This document shows positions 47,820 through 60,299 of a stretch of DNA of 64,000 nucleotides, in pieces (the first letter of the stretch is position 1; every line of letters starts with the position of its first letter). This DNA is from Mobula hypostoma (lineage: Eukaryota), in assembly GCF_963921235.1 (NCBI RefSeq), contig NC_086097.1, forward strand, positions 213,840,001-213,904,000. Direction: 5' to 3'. Both the position numbers and the translations under genes were made by a program. The notes under the pieces are model-generated. The model was not told the origin of the DNA and searched no databases. It saw only the letters and a list, made by a program, of their open reading frames with translations.

Positions 47820-50800
47820 CATGGATAACTCTCTGGCACAAAAATGGGGAGTTCTGATTCAACAATGAAGAGAATATATTGATGTCAAGGTTCTGGATGG
47901 TTGGCCCCTGGGCACTGGCAAGATCCACCTCTCCGTAGAACCACTCCAACTTGTGCTAAAGTGCAACCGTAGGGAACAGCTCTCCTATCTTGTTGATTCA
48001 CCGGAACTACCGCTGGTGCTTGGCCTTCACTGGCTATCTCGACACAACTTGTGAGATGATTGGTCCATGAAGGTGCTCCAGGAGTGGGGACCGACCTGCC
48101 TGTGTACCTGTCTGGGTCCAGGTTAAGCCCCTGTCAGCATATGTAAACTGCTAGTGTGGACCTGTCTGGTGTTTCAGCTGAAGATTCTGACCTTCCTGAA
48201 GTCTCCATTAAGAAGAAGGTCATGTCCCTGCCTTCACACAAGTTTTATGATAGTGCCCTTGACCTCTTACCTGGTTCTAGTCCTCCCTGGGCCCAGCTCT
48301 TTGCCCTCTCCTGTCCTGAAATGGTGGCAATGGGAGGATACATCAAGGAAGCATTGCCTTAGGATTTATCTATCTGCCAACCTCGCCAGCAGGGGTGGGC
48401 TTCTTTTCTTTAGTGAGCAAGGATGGCAAGCCCCATTCTGCATTGATTATCAGACCCTGAACAACATCACAGTCAAGTATACCTGCTCTCTTCCCCAGCT
48501 TGCCTCTGCATTCGAACATCTCCAGGGAGCAACTGTATTTTCCAAAATAGATCTGTGCAATGCTTACAATCAGGTTTGCATCCAGGAAGGGAACGAGTGG
48601 AAGACAGTATTCAACACCTCCAAAGGTCATTATAAGTACCTTCTGATGCCTTTTGGTCTGGCTAAGCCCCTGCTGTTTTTCAGGACCTAGTCAATGATGT
48701 GTTCCGGGACATGTTGTATTAGTTTGTTTTTGTGTATTTGGATGACATTTTTATCTATTTCCGCTCTTGCCAGGAATATGTCCAGCATGTCTGGAAGGTT
48801 CTCAGATGGCACCTTGAGAACAAACTTTATGCCAAGCCAGAGAAATGTGAGTTCCACAAAGAGCAGGTGTCATTCTTGGGTTACATCCTCACCACTTCCA
48901 GTGTTCAAATGAACCTTTGTTAAAGTTCAGCCAGTAATGAGTGACCCAAACCATCTACAGTCAAACAGGTAAATTATCTCATCGGGTTTGCAAACCTAGA
49001 TCACTGCTTCATCAGAAACTTCAGTTCCCAGTATCCAGCATGACACCCATAAATGCACTCACCGAGAAGACCGCTGCAGGATTCCTATGGACAAGTGAAA
49101 CTGACCAGGCATTCTCAGAGCTAAAGTAACTGCCCCAGTGGTACAACATCCAGACCCATCCTGTCCATTTATCGTCAAGGTTGATACATCAGATGTCAGC
49201 ATTGGAGCTGTACTCTCCCAGTGCTCTTCTGCAGATAATCAGCTGAACCCCTGCGCTTTTCTTTCCCGTCACTTGACTCCTGCAGAGTGTAACCACGATA
49301 TTGAGAACAGAAACCCTCTGGCTGCCAAGGAGGCCTTAGAGACATGGCGATACTGTGTGGAGGGCGAAAAGCACACCTTTCTGGTATGGACAAATCACAA
49401 GAACCTCTCCTTAATTTGGAATGCCAAGAGACTTAATTCCCTTCAAGCCTGTTGGGCTCTCTTCTTCACCTGGTTTAATTTCACCCTCACCTACCATCCT
49501 GGCAGCAAGAATACGAAGACTGATGCCCTCTCCTGCCAGACTGACATCTCAGATTGCCAATGTCCCAAGATGTCCACGATTCTGTCTCTGCCTGTCGTAC
49601 TTGTGCCCAGAACAAGACATCGTGTCAGAGCCCAGCTGGTCTGCTCTGACTGCTGCCTGTGCCTCACCACCCCACGTCCCACCTCTCAGTGGAATTCATC
49701 ACTGGTCTGCCTCTGTCAGATGGGAACACGACCATTCCGGTAGTTTACGACCAGTTCTTCAAAGCAGCCCCCCATTGCTGCTCTCCCCAAGCTCCCATCA
49801 GCTCGTGAAGCTGCCACTTTCATAGCTTAACATGTGTTCAGGCTGCTCAGCTTCCAACAGGACACAGCGTCTGATCAAGGACCACAGTTCACATCCCGTT
49901 TTTGGAAGGCTTTCTGTTCTCTTTTGGGAGCCACAGCCAGCCTTTCATTAGGTTTCCACCCCCAATCTAACAGTCAGACTCAGAGAGTGAATCAAGAGCT
50001 GGAAACGACCCTGCCTGCCTTTTCTCCACCAACCCCACAACCTGGAGCTCCCAACTGGTTTTGGCAGAGATTTCCCACAATGACCTCCAGCCGTCCTCCG
50101 CTGGCACGACCCCCTTTGAATTCCCAAGGGGATTCCAGCCACCACTCTTCCCTGAGCAGGAGACTGATGTGGGAATTCCTACTGCTGAACAACTGGCCAA
50201 TGCCACAAGTGGATGGGGAGATGGCCAGGGCTTCTCTGCTGTACACACAGAAACAACATGCCCAGCTGGCTGATGAGGCTGCTGAAGCCAGGGGAAAAAG
50301 TTTGGCTGGCATTTAGATATCTTGCTTTGAGAGTAGAGAGAGTAGAGAAATGCAAGTTGGCTCCATGCTATGTGGGAGCCTCCGATAGACTGCACCTTCC
50401 ACTATCAATGAAGATTCACTTACTGTTCCATGTTTCCCAGCTCAAAATTGATGACTTCCTCCTCATTTGCTCATCATCCCTCTTCCCTGTTTGGTGGATG
50501 TGTCCCTGGTCTATTCTGTACTACACATCCTAACATCTTGCCTGGTTCAGGGCAGATTCCAGTACCGAGTGGATTGGGAAGGATATTGCTCATGCCAGTT
50601 ATTTAAGGTTTATTTGTGGTCGTATTTAACTCTCTTTCTTTAGTTTCTGCCTTGTCGAGTTTTGACTGAAGCATATCTGCTTATCTTAGTGCACATTCCG
50701 GGAAAAAAAGATCACAACTTCAATTGATGCGAAGGAGCAGTACTTATTTTGTATTAGGTTTCTGCTGCCGAGCCACAGTGGTTGTGTTAGATTTTAGTTT

Positions 50801-50944
50801 GAGAGTTTTAGTTAGCAGCCCTGTTGGCCTAGCATTTAGTATTTTCCTTTGGTTTTGCACAGTTCTTATTAAGAACCAGTGAACTGTTCATCCTGCTGCT
50901 GTGTCTCTCCCTCTGCACGTTAGACATTGTCGAATACCATGTCA
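47820..50944 (+). mobile_element. Chromovirus-type Gypsy element C, 3' half: protease-RT-RNase H-integrase-chromodomain and 3'LTR (50590-50944)
   Basis: [90 protein letters not shown]; many frameshifts. Confidence 0.9.
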
Positions 50945-50959
50945 GCTAGATCCCACTCA

Positions 50960-51897
50960 AACTGAAACATCAAATTCACTGGTGACACAGCGTTGTTTTG
51001 CCCATCAACAACAATGGCGAGACTGCATATAGAGAGGAGATAGAGCAGTTTGTAGAATGATGTTAGCACAACAACTTGAGTCTTAGCATGGACATGACTA
51101 AAGAGATGATTGTGGACTTTAGGAAGGTGCAGGCTGACTACTCATCATTGCATATAAGTGACTCCTCCGTGGTGAGAGTTAGGAGCACCAGGTTTCTAGG
51201 AGTGCCATAATGGATGATCTCACCTGGTCCCTCAACACCACCTCTTTAGTCAAAAGATACAGCGGTGTCTCCACTTTCTGAGGAGGTTGAGGCAAATGAG
51301 GCTCTCCTCTTCATCCGCATTCTAACCAACTTTCACAGGAGGACCTTTGAGAGTGTCCTGACGAGCTGCATCACCATCTGCTATGAGGATTGCAAGGTAT
51401 CTGACCACAAGACCCTACAAAGCAATGTGAGGACTGTTGAGAGGATACTTGAAGTATCTCTTCCACCCATCCAAGATGTTCATCAGAAGACTGCGTACGC
51501 AGGGCTCTTCGCGTTGTCAAGAATCATCCCCCTCAGTACCACAATTCTTTGACACCCTGTCATCAGGCAGGAGATATCGTAACATTAGGATAAGGACTGT
51601 GAGGATGATAAAAGCTTCTTCCCCAAGGCTGTGAGACTATTAAACTCCCTGCCACCACCGAGGTCTCATCACATATAAAGCACCAGTAGCCTTATACTGT
51701 TTACTTTTTTACTTGTGTCATAAATGCACCTCATGCTAAATATCAATCTTCTGGAATATATTTTATTATTTGTAAATTTATTTGTGGTAATATTACCTTA
51801 TATGCTGTGTGTGAGTTGTGCACTATGGTCTGGAGGAGTGTTGTTTTGCTTGGCAGTATACATGTTATGGTTGAAGGACAATATACTTGAACTTGAA
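50960..51897 (+). mobile_element. Decayed Rex1/Babar LINE 3' half
   Basis: TKEMIVDFRK, ILTNFHRRTFESVLTSCIT, LSSGRRYR; cttgaacttgaa tail. Confidence 0.8.
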
Positions 51898-51899
51898 AA

Positions 51900-52620
51900 T
51901 TGGTTTATTATTGTCACATGTATTGAGGTACAGTGAAAAACTTGTCCTGCATACTGCTCGTATAGATTACTACATTACAACAGAGCATTGAGGTAATACA
52001 AGTTAAAATAATAACAGAGTGCAGAATAAATATTTGAAGTTACAGAATAAGTGCAGTGCAGGGAGACAATGAAGTGCAGGATAATAACAAGGTAGATTGT
52101 GAGGTCAAGAAAATATCTTATCATACAAGGGGACTATTTAATAATCTTATAACAGTGGGATAGAAGCTGTCCTTAGGCCTACATGCTTACTGGCTTTTTA
52201 TATCTTCTGCCTGATGGGGTGTGAGGGGAGAAGAGGAAGCATCCATGGTCCATGGGTTTAATGATTATGCCGGCAGTCAGGTGTAGGCAGAATCCATGGA
52301 TGGGAGACTGATTCCTATACACTGCTGAGCTGTGGCCACAACTCTGCGGTTTCTTAAGACCACGGCCAAAGCAATTGCTACACCAAGCCATGATTCATCT
52401 GGATTGGATGTTGCCTATGGTCCATTGATAAAAATTGGTGAGGGTCAAAGGAGGCATGCCAAATGTCTTTAGCTTCTTGAGGAGGTAGAAACACTGGTGA
52501 ACTTTTTTTGCCAAGGTTTTAACGTGATTGGACCAGGACTGGCTATTGGTGATGTTCACTCCTAGGACCTTCAACCTCTCAACCTTCCTGACCTCAGCTC
52601 CACTGATGCAAAAAAGGACT
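51900..52620 (-). mobile_element. Decayed Rex1/Babar LINE 3' fragment
   Basis: PSGRRYK motif on minus; ggtttattattgtcacatg tail. Confidence 0.65.
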
Positions 52621-52652
52621 AATCAACCCTGTTTCTGGTCTGTGGAGTTTCA

Positions 52653-52656
<4 letters not shown>

Positions 52657-52698
<42 letters not shown>
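52657..52698. repeat. (CA)21 microsatellite
   Basis: Read directly. Confidence 0.95.
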
Positions 52699-52699
<1 letters not shown>

Positions 52700-52839
52700 G
52701 TAAAAAAAGACATTTTTATTTGTATTGAATGAGTACCTTTCTTGCCTCTTTCCCTATTGCTCGATGACTTGCAGTCAGTGAGGTCCTTTCGAAATGTGAG
52801 ACAAATGTAAATAAAGAAAAAATGTGTAAGCTGGGAAAC

Positions 52840-53480
52840 TGATCCAAGAAAGGAAAAAGCGTTGGAAACACACAGCAGGTCAGACAGCATCTGTGAAAAG
52901 AAAAAAAAAAGTTAGCATTTCAGGTTCAAAACTTTTGGTTAGAGTGAGGAAAGAGAGATTAAAACGGTAATTTTAATGTAGAGAAGGAGGTGGGAGGAAT
53001 TGAGAGGAATACGAGAATGGGTAGAATGTGACTAGGTCATATGGGATAATGGCACAGTTAATGATAATGCTTCTTTCTTTGCTAATGCAAAGGCTGTGGG
53101 ACATGCCAGTAGACTGGGCTATATCAATCTAATGAGAAAAACTGAGACTCTCAAGATGGACAGAAATGACTTGATCTTTACAGATTGAAGAGCAAGTTAC
53201 CTGAAGAATTCAGTACTGGGTCTAAAAGGCTCAGACAGAAGATGAAGTGCTCTTCTTTAAGCTTGTTTTGGGCCTTGTTGTAACAGTATAAAGGCTGGAA
53301 AATTAAAGTGGCAGGTAACCATGAACTCAGACTTGCTCTTAAGGACTGAGTGCAGGTGCTCTGTAAAGCCCCACCTGTTTCATTGCACCATTCTGTTTGG
53401 CAGAGCTGAATGTAAAGCTGTTGCTTTTGTGTCCGGCTTTCACTTATTGTTGAAATCAACCATCGTTTCAACCTGATAAC
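52840..53480 (-). mobile_element. Old decayed Penelope-like fragment
   Basis: AQNKLKEEHFIFCLSLLDP resembles ATLRLEEQHLIFRLGSLQP at ~63330; terminal repeat remnant cagcaggtcagacagcatctgtg. Confidence 0.6.
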
Positions 53481-54329
53481 GATTTTCAGTCAATGGAAAT
53501 ATTTAGGAATCATCGATGTAGGAAGGAACAGTGACTGGTTCTTGCACACATGAAATGTTATTTTTTATAAGTCTCATCACCAGACAATCAATATTGGCAT
53601 TATATCAGATAACTGTCATTGCTGTTTTCCTTTTTTTGCATCTAAGCTGAGTTTAGGATTGTTTGTCCAGTGAAGTGGAAGATGATGCAGAAGGGACAAG
53701 CTGCTGAAAGCAGACACTTTACTCAATGCAGCACTTTGTCAGACTAAGGAGAAGTTTTAGAACTTCATACCCTCTAAGGACTTTGTACAAGTAGACCAGT
53801 CTCATGGTGAATATTATGTTGCCGTGTAATATAGACGATTGTGTGACACACTGGGAATCTACAATTGCTGCCATACTGTAGCTATTTGGAAAACTCTTAC
53901 TGACTATTGCTTTCTAATCTTTAAAGGTTCCTCTGCCACCTCAGTAAAGCTGGCCACACTAAACATGGCATTTCAAAGGCCCTAATTAAAGGGAATATAT
54001 TGATACCATATACCTGTTAAGTTATCATTCGCAGATGAAAACCTAATGTACCCAGCGTACAATGCAGTTTCTTTGGGGAATAAAACATGGGGGAAATGAG
54101 TCCTGGAATTTCAATACATTATTAATCCTTATCTGTTTGACCCAGTACGAACAAGATTCATTTTACAACCTTGTCATTATGAGTTTAGCATTCAGCAGCA
54201 CTGTTTCTTGTATGAACAAATCATTCTAGGGTCTTATTTATTGAGGAAATAGCACCAGTTGATTAGCTGCACTGGTCGTCCATGCTTGTGTCTCTTACAG
54301 AGAAGATTCCTGTGGCTGTGGCTGGTGCT

Positions 54330-54965
54330 GGTCTGGAAGTGGCAATATAAGTGGATGGAGTGGAGAAGAAGACATACAGCATGCTTGTCCTCAAAGGTGA
54401 GGGCATAGAATACAGGAGAGTTAGAATGTCATGTTGCAATTTTAAAAAACACTGTTTAGACCACACTATTGCGTGCATTTCTGATGAGCACACTATAGGA
54501 AGGATGTCATTACACTGGAGAGAGTGCATAAGAAATTTACAAGGATGTTGCCTGGAATAGAAGACATTAGTTATAGCCTGGGCTTCTTTTACCATGGACC
54601 AACAGAGGATAACGGGTGGTCTAATAGAAGGTGGTTTAATATGATTTTGAGAGGCTTAGATAGGTTGGACAGTCAGAATCTTTTTTCCTATGAGAGGAGT
54701 GTCATAAAACAAGAGGGCATGGGTTTAAGGTGAAAGGTAGGAGTTAATGATGATCTGAGGAGTAAGATTTATGTACAGAGAGTAGTTGTAATCTGGAATG
54801 TGCTGCCAGACGAGGCAGTGGAATCAAATAAAATTATAAAGTTGAAGAAGAGTTAAGGTTAACACTTAAATTGACAAGGTATGGAAAGATATCGACCTAA
54901 TGCAGACGAATGGAAGTAGCATAGATTCAGAGTGGCTGAAGAGCCCATTCCTGTGATTTACAACT
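54330..54965 (+). mobile_element. Old decayed CR1 3' fragment
   Basis: KFTRMLPG..ILRGLDRLDSQNLF. Confidence 0.65.
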
Positions 54966-55989
54966 CCATGATAATGACTCTATAGAACACACTCAATTTA
55001 CAGAACCTGAGTCTGTTGCCCTCTCTCAGGATGGCAACATTCCTGCTTCCACCCTTTCCTCCCCTCCAGTGTCCCTGCTGTTCCCTGTCAGCTACCTGGC
55101 CAGATTGTGCTACATATGGTGAAAGTGGACAGGCTGGAACCAGGCCTTCCACGGCCGTGGCAGCTGGAGGTCATCCTCTGAAACTTCTTCCACTGAAACC
55201 TAGCAGCCTTCCCTAAACCATGCTGCAATCACTTGTGGCTAATGGTGTTGGATCTCCAGGACAGGATGGCATTCTTGGGCCAGACTGAAAGGGAATGCAC
55301 AAAAATGATCGGTTGATATTCGAGTGGTGAGTGGTGTTTGGAACGGTTGCTTATGCATGTTTGGAGTGTTGATTTACTACAGCTTTTCGCTCAATCACAA
55401 TGTGCAAACCGGTCAGCATTAGAACAAAAGTAAATGTTAATCAGATCATTTAATCTCACTCGGCCTGAGCAGAATGGTGTTCCTGAAGTTGTCACCCTTC
55501 TTTTTCTTCTCCCCTTTCTCCACCTTTTCCTCAGTTGCGAACAAAGAATGAGCCTATGTTATATTGAAGTTGTAGACCCTTCAACAAGTGACCTGATGTG
55601 CTGATTACATCAGTGGTCCTGTTTGATCCAAGCAGGTGAAGTACTGTAAGACGGCATTGGCTTGGCAGGCTGACTCTCATGATTGTACATTCTACTATGA
55701 TGAACATACTTCAGATAATGATTAAGGAATCATTATCTGGTTAAGGAATAACTCTCTAGCTGACAGTGGCGGTTCAGAGATGAAGGCAACATGAGCCTGC
55801 CACAAATGAAGACACTGATGCTGTCATTCAGCACCTTCAGGTATCAAGTCCCTTAAATGCTTTGAATTTTATGGGATTCCAATGAAATATCCTGAAGGTG
55901 ATGAAGTTCTAGACAGTGGAAGGCTCACAATTCTCAAGAAATACCTCCATGCCCATCGGCAAACTTTGTGTTTCTCTTGAATTCCCAGG

Positions 55990-56421
55990 ACTTTTTCCAG
56001 GGTATTAATGGCTGAAACATGGGGATATAACTTCAAAGTGCCTAGAGGAAAGTATAGGGAGGATGGCAGAGGTAGTGTTTTTTTTGTACATAGACATATG
56101 GTAGGTGCCAAGGGTGATAGCAGAGGTAGATTCAGTAGGGACATTTTAGAGCAACACACACAAAATGCTGGAGAAACTCAGCAGGTCATTTAGCATCTAT
56201 GGAAATGAATAAACAGTCAACATTTCGGGACAGGACCCTTCTGCAGGACACTGAGACCCTTCTTCATTCAAGACTCTTAGTTAGGCGCATGGATGAAAGA
56301 AAAATGGAGGGCTTTGTGGGAGGGAAGTGTTAGATTGGCCTGCGAGTAGATTAAAAGGTCATCACAACATCGTGGGCTGAAGTGTCTGTACTTGGCTGTA
56401 CTCTTCTATGTTTTATGTTCT
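55990..56421 (+). mobile_element. CR1 3' end with a Penelope terminal-repeat fragment inserted at ~56151-56265 (minus)
   Basis: GYNFKVPRGKYRED and CR1 tail; insert caacacacacaaaatgctggagaaactcagcagg..gtcaacatttcggg. Confidence 0.7.
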
Positions 56422-56931
56422 AATTCAACTTCATATAATGGAGTGGGCCTGTATTATTATTGCAATGCTGTGCCTCTGAGTGATATAAATATCTCCTACA
56501 CTGACCTGTAAGGACATAGAGAACTATAGGAATTGAACCATCATTGCCACTGTCAATGGCCTCACCTTAATTTGTAACTGAAACCTGAGTGAAGTCTCTA
56601 TAAACTCTTCCTTGGAGACACAGCTCCACCTCAAACATTTCTGATCAGCGAGATCCATTGAGGAGAGCTGATGCTAGAAATCCTCTATAGATCAGACCTC
56701 CTGCTTGGAATCCATTAAGCTTTCTCCACATGCTACTTCTAGCTTTCAGCAGCTTCTCCTCATTCGCTCTGACATCCCGAAGTCTAAGCAGTGTTCGGCA
56801 AATGCCAGCATTTGGAACGCAGGGTGTTGCTGAAGGTGAAAATAGGGCACCACGGTTTCTTCAGCCACACCTCCTTGCAGACTTCAGAACGTGTTGTCTC
56901 CAGCACTGGGGTCTAATCTACCAGAACTGCT

Positions 56932-57205
56932 ACCATAAGACCATAAGACCATAAGACATAGGAGCAGAATGAAGCCACTGGCCCATCAAGTCTGCTCTGC
57001 CATTCCATCATGGCCAATTTATTAACCCTCTCAACCCCTTCTCCTCATAACGTTTAGTGCTCTTACTAATCAAGAACCTATCAACATCTTCTTTAACTAT
57101 ATACAGTGACTTGACCTCCATAACTGACTATGACAATAAATCCCACAGATTCCCCGCCCTTTGGCTAAAGAAACCTCCCATCATCTCTGTTCCAAAGGAA
57201 CATTC
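56932..57205 (-). mobile_element. CR1 3' tail fragment
   Basis: (ccataaga)3 tail; colinear with 21372-21630. Confidence 0.8.
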
Positions 57206-58299
57206 TAAACCTATAACGCACATGTTGGTGTCATAACATGCAGATTATGCGTGCTTTTGTGTGTGCTAATTCACACCAATCTACAGCCACTAATGTGCTG
57301 CATTTCACAGCCTTGTGGCATTTTACAACATTAACTGTTATATTTCTTTCCTGATAGGTATATTGCAGCCCTTCAATATTTTTACAGTTTTACGGGAACT
57401 ATAGGTAATCATCTTTGATGTACCTGGCAGGCTGTGGTGAATTTCTCAAAGCTGGGCAAATCTACAAACTCTACTATTTTCTTCTCAAGGTTTTAGAAAG
57501 CCTAAATCTTCAATAGGCAATTTCAAAGTAAGAGTATGGGCAGACGCTGCTTCATTTTAGTTTGGTATCTTATTAAATGTCCAATGCTAAATTTCATCAT
57601 CCCTTCAGTGAAGACTATGTCAAGGTGGGTACCTCAGCTTAAAAGTGAGATAAATGTTTTTAAAACAAAATGATGATTTATTTCCATTTATAGGGTCTTC
57701 CTAGTGTGGGGAAATGGTGGTGGGTATGTTTGTATCTTCCTGCCTGTGCTCTTCCATTTAATTTCCAAGAACGAAGTATTTTCTCCAGTTATTTCTTCAT
57801 TTAATATTTTCAATCCACAGCCTGCAACATTGCTGTTGGTTGTAGCTACCACCAAATATGCAGAAATGTGAACATCTAATCTTGGGGTTGTGTCATTCTG
57901 CACTATGAAACAAGGAAGAGGAGAAAAAGAAAATCCAACAAATTCAGCAAGAGGCAATGACAGAAGGCCTTTTGGTCACATCACACTACCAGAATAACTT
58001 TTCTCATGGCCCTTGGCAAAACACTAGTGTTCAAATCATACCTGAATGTTTTCATGGTTGTCAATGACCTATTTAGCCATCATGCATTATTATGTAACAG
58101 TTCATTATACCCACATTAGTTGATGGAGGTGTAATACCGGGTTCATTATTCTTCGGAGTACAGGACTATCCTTATTAACACAACTGTGTCACGTAATTTA
58201 GTCATAATGGAAATATATACAGTGGTTGTGTGTACATTATTACAAGTGATAAATCCAAAATGGTGCAGCCATTCTTATTTTAATATCATGTTTGGTTAG

Positions 58300-59250
58300 C
58301 AGAATCAGCATTAATATCACTGGCATATGCCGTGAAATCTACTGTCTTTGTAGCAGCAATACAATACAATACAATACATAATATGAAATACAGAAAGTAC
58401 ATATATAAAATAGTTATGTTAATTAAGTAGTGCAAAAATAGAAATAAGAAGTAGTGGGTTTGTGTTCATGGGTTCAATGTTCATTCAGAAATTGGACAGC
58501 AGAGGGAAAGAAGCTGTTCCTGAACCACTGACTGTGTGCTTTCAGGCTCCTGTACCTCCTTCCTAACGGTAACAATGAGAACAAGGCATGACCTGGGTGA
58601 CTGGGGACCTTAATGATGGGCACTACTTTTTTTGAGGCTTCACTCCTTGAAGATGTCCTGGATACTATGGAGGTTAGTGCCCATGATGGAGCGGACTAAG
58701 TTTACAACTCTTTGCAGCTTACTTTGATCCTGTGCAGTAGCCTCCACGCCCCCCCACCCCATACCAGATTGTGATTTAGCTAGTTAAGAGTGCTCTCTAT
58801 GGTAAACCTGTAGATACTTTCTGGTGTTTTTGGTGACAAACAAAATCTCCTCAAACTCCTAATGAAATATAGTTTCTGTCAGGTCTTCTTTGTTGCTGTA
58901 TCATTATGTTGGGTCCAGGTTAGATCCTCAGAGACGTTGACACCCCAGGAACACTCGTCTTACTCTTTCTAAAGTCTTTGGTCATACTAACGTTGAATGT
59001 TGCCGTGACACCATTAAATTAGCCGATATATCTTACTCCTGTATGCCCTCGCGTCACCATCTGAAATTCTACCAACAACCATTGTATCATCAGCAAATTT
59101 ATAGAGGCATTAGAGCTGTGACTAGCCACCCAGTCATGGTTGTAGAGAGAGTAGAGCAGTGGGCTAAGCACACATCCCTGAGGTGCACCAGTGTTGATGT
59201 TAGGGAGGTGGAGATGTTATTTCCGATCTGCGCAGGTTGTGGTCTTCCTT
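58300..59250 (-). mobile_element. Decayed Rex1/Babar LINE 3' half
   Basis: Colinear with 13600-14190; agaatcag..taatatcactggcata tail. Confidence 0.8.
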
Positions 59251-59889
59251 AAAAGCCCCTTAAAAGATGAGCAAATTTATCTTACTCCTGAGATGAGAAC
59301 ACCTCTTCACGCAACTTAATATCCAGTTGATGATTTTCCACTGGAGGATGAATTTTACCCTGGCTAAAGTCACCCTCCCTCAATACATTTCACATCAGCA
59401 GCTTCCCCAATTGTACAGCAGTAAGTAGGCAAACTTGCACATTCCTCTCCACTAAGTAACTTTCTGCCACTCATTACAACTTCCTGCTTAAGTATTGATG
59501 CCCCAGAAAAAAAAAGAACTCCCAGACTAGCAGCCAAGTTCTCAGAGCAAGTGTGTACTTATCAGTTACATATTCAAATTAGGAGAAGCCCCCATCATGT
59601 AGTGTAGCAAAGCCAGGCTTCTGTGCCTACACCATTGATTAAAGTCAGTAACTATTTTTTCCTGTTTGCAAAAGCACAACTAAAACCAAAAAACAAGAAA
59701 ACAGAAAAGCAAGGGTAAAACATGAGGTTGCGTGAGGTTGTTTGCTGATCTCAGGTGTGAAATGAGTAAATAGTGAAGAATTCAGATCAGTGGAAAAGTA
59801 TACAGGAAACCTTTATCTATCAGCAACAAAGTTCACTTTGAAGGTTGGAATTGTCACTACTCACTTGAATACGATAAATTCTAAACCAC

Positions 59890-60160
59890 AACCACAACAA
59901 CGAGCATTTCTACTTTGTCTTTTACTTCATAAGAAATACTTAAGATGTTTCAAGGAGTGCTCAGAGAGAGAAGAAAAACTGACACTAAGGTATGCTAAGA
60001 GGCCTGGTGACCTTAAAGATCTAAAATAAATGAGGAGTAGAAGATGGAGAGATGATGAGGTTTAGGAAAGAATTCCACAGTGTAGGATTTGTGCTTAACT
60101 GGTGGATTGATTAAAATCAAAGATGGGTGAGGGAGAAGTATAGAGATCTCCTCTGAAGCA
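59890..60160 (-). mobile_element. Very old L2-like LINE 3' remnant
   Basis: Loose match to recalled antisense L2 3' end (gaggtttaggaaagaattcca). Confidence 0.4.
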
Positions 60161-60299
60161 CTATCCACAGTTGCCTGCCATTACTTTTTAGGAGACTGGT
60201 GGAACCCCAGTATGAATGTTACTACTGGCTATTCACAGCCCACCTCTAGGATTCTGCTTATCTCCCGCTGAATATAAAGCAGATTAGGAGAAACCTTCG

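Noticed and set aside
55446..55556. Possible terminal exon AHSLFATEEKVEKGEKKKK.. on minus
   Set aside because: Weak acceptor; the composition is explained by a purine-rich tract.
57688..57957. 89-aa minus ORF behind a pyrimidine tract
   Set aside because: No recognisable domain or donor site; length compatible with chance.
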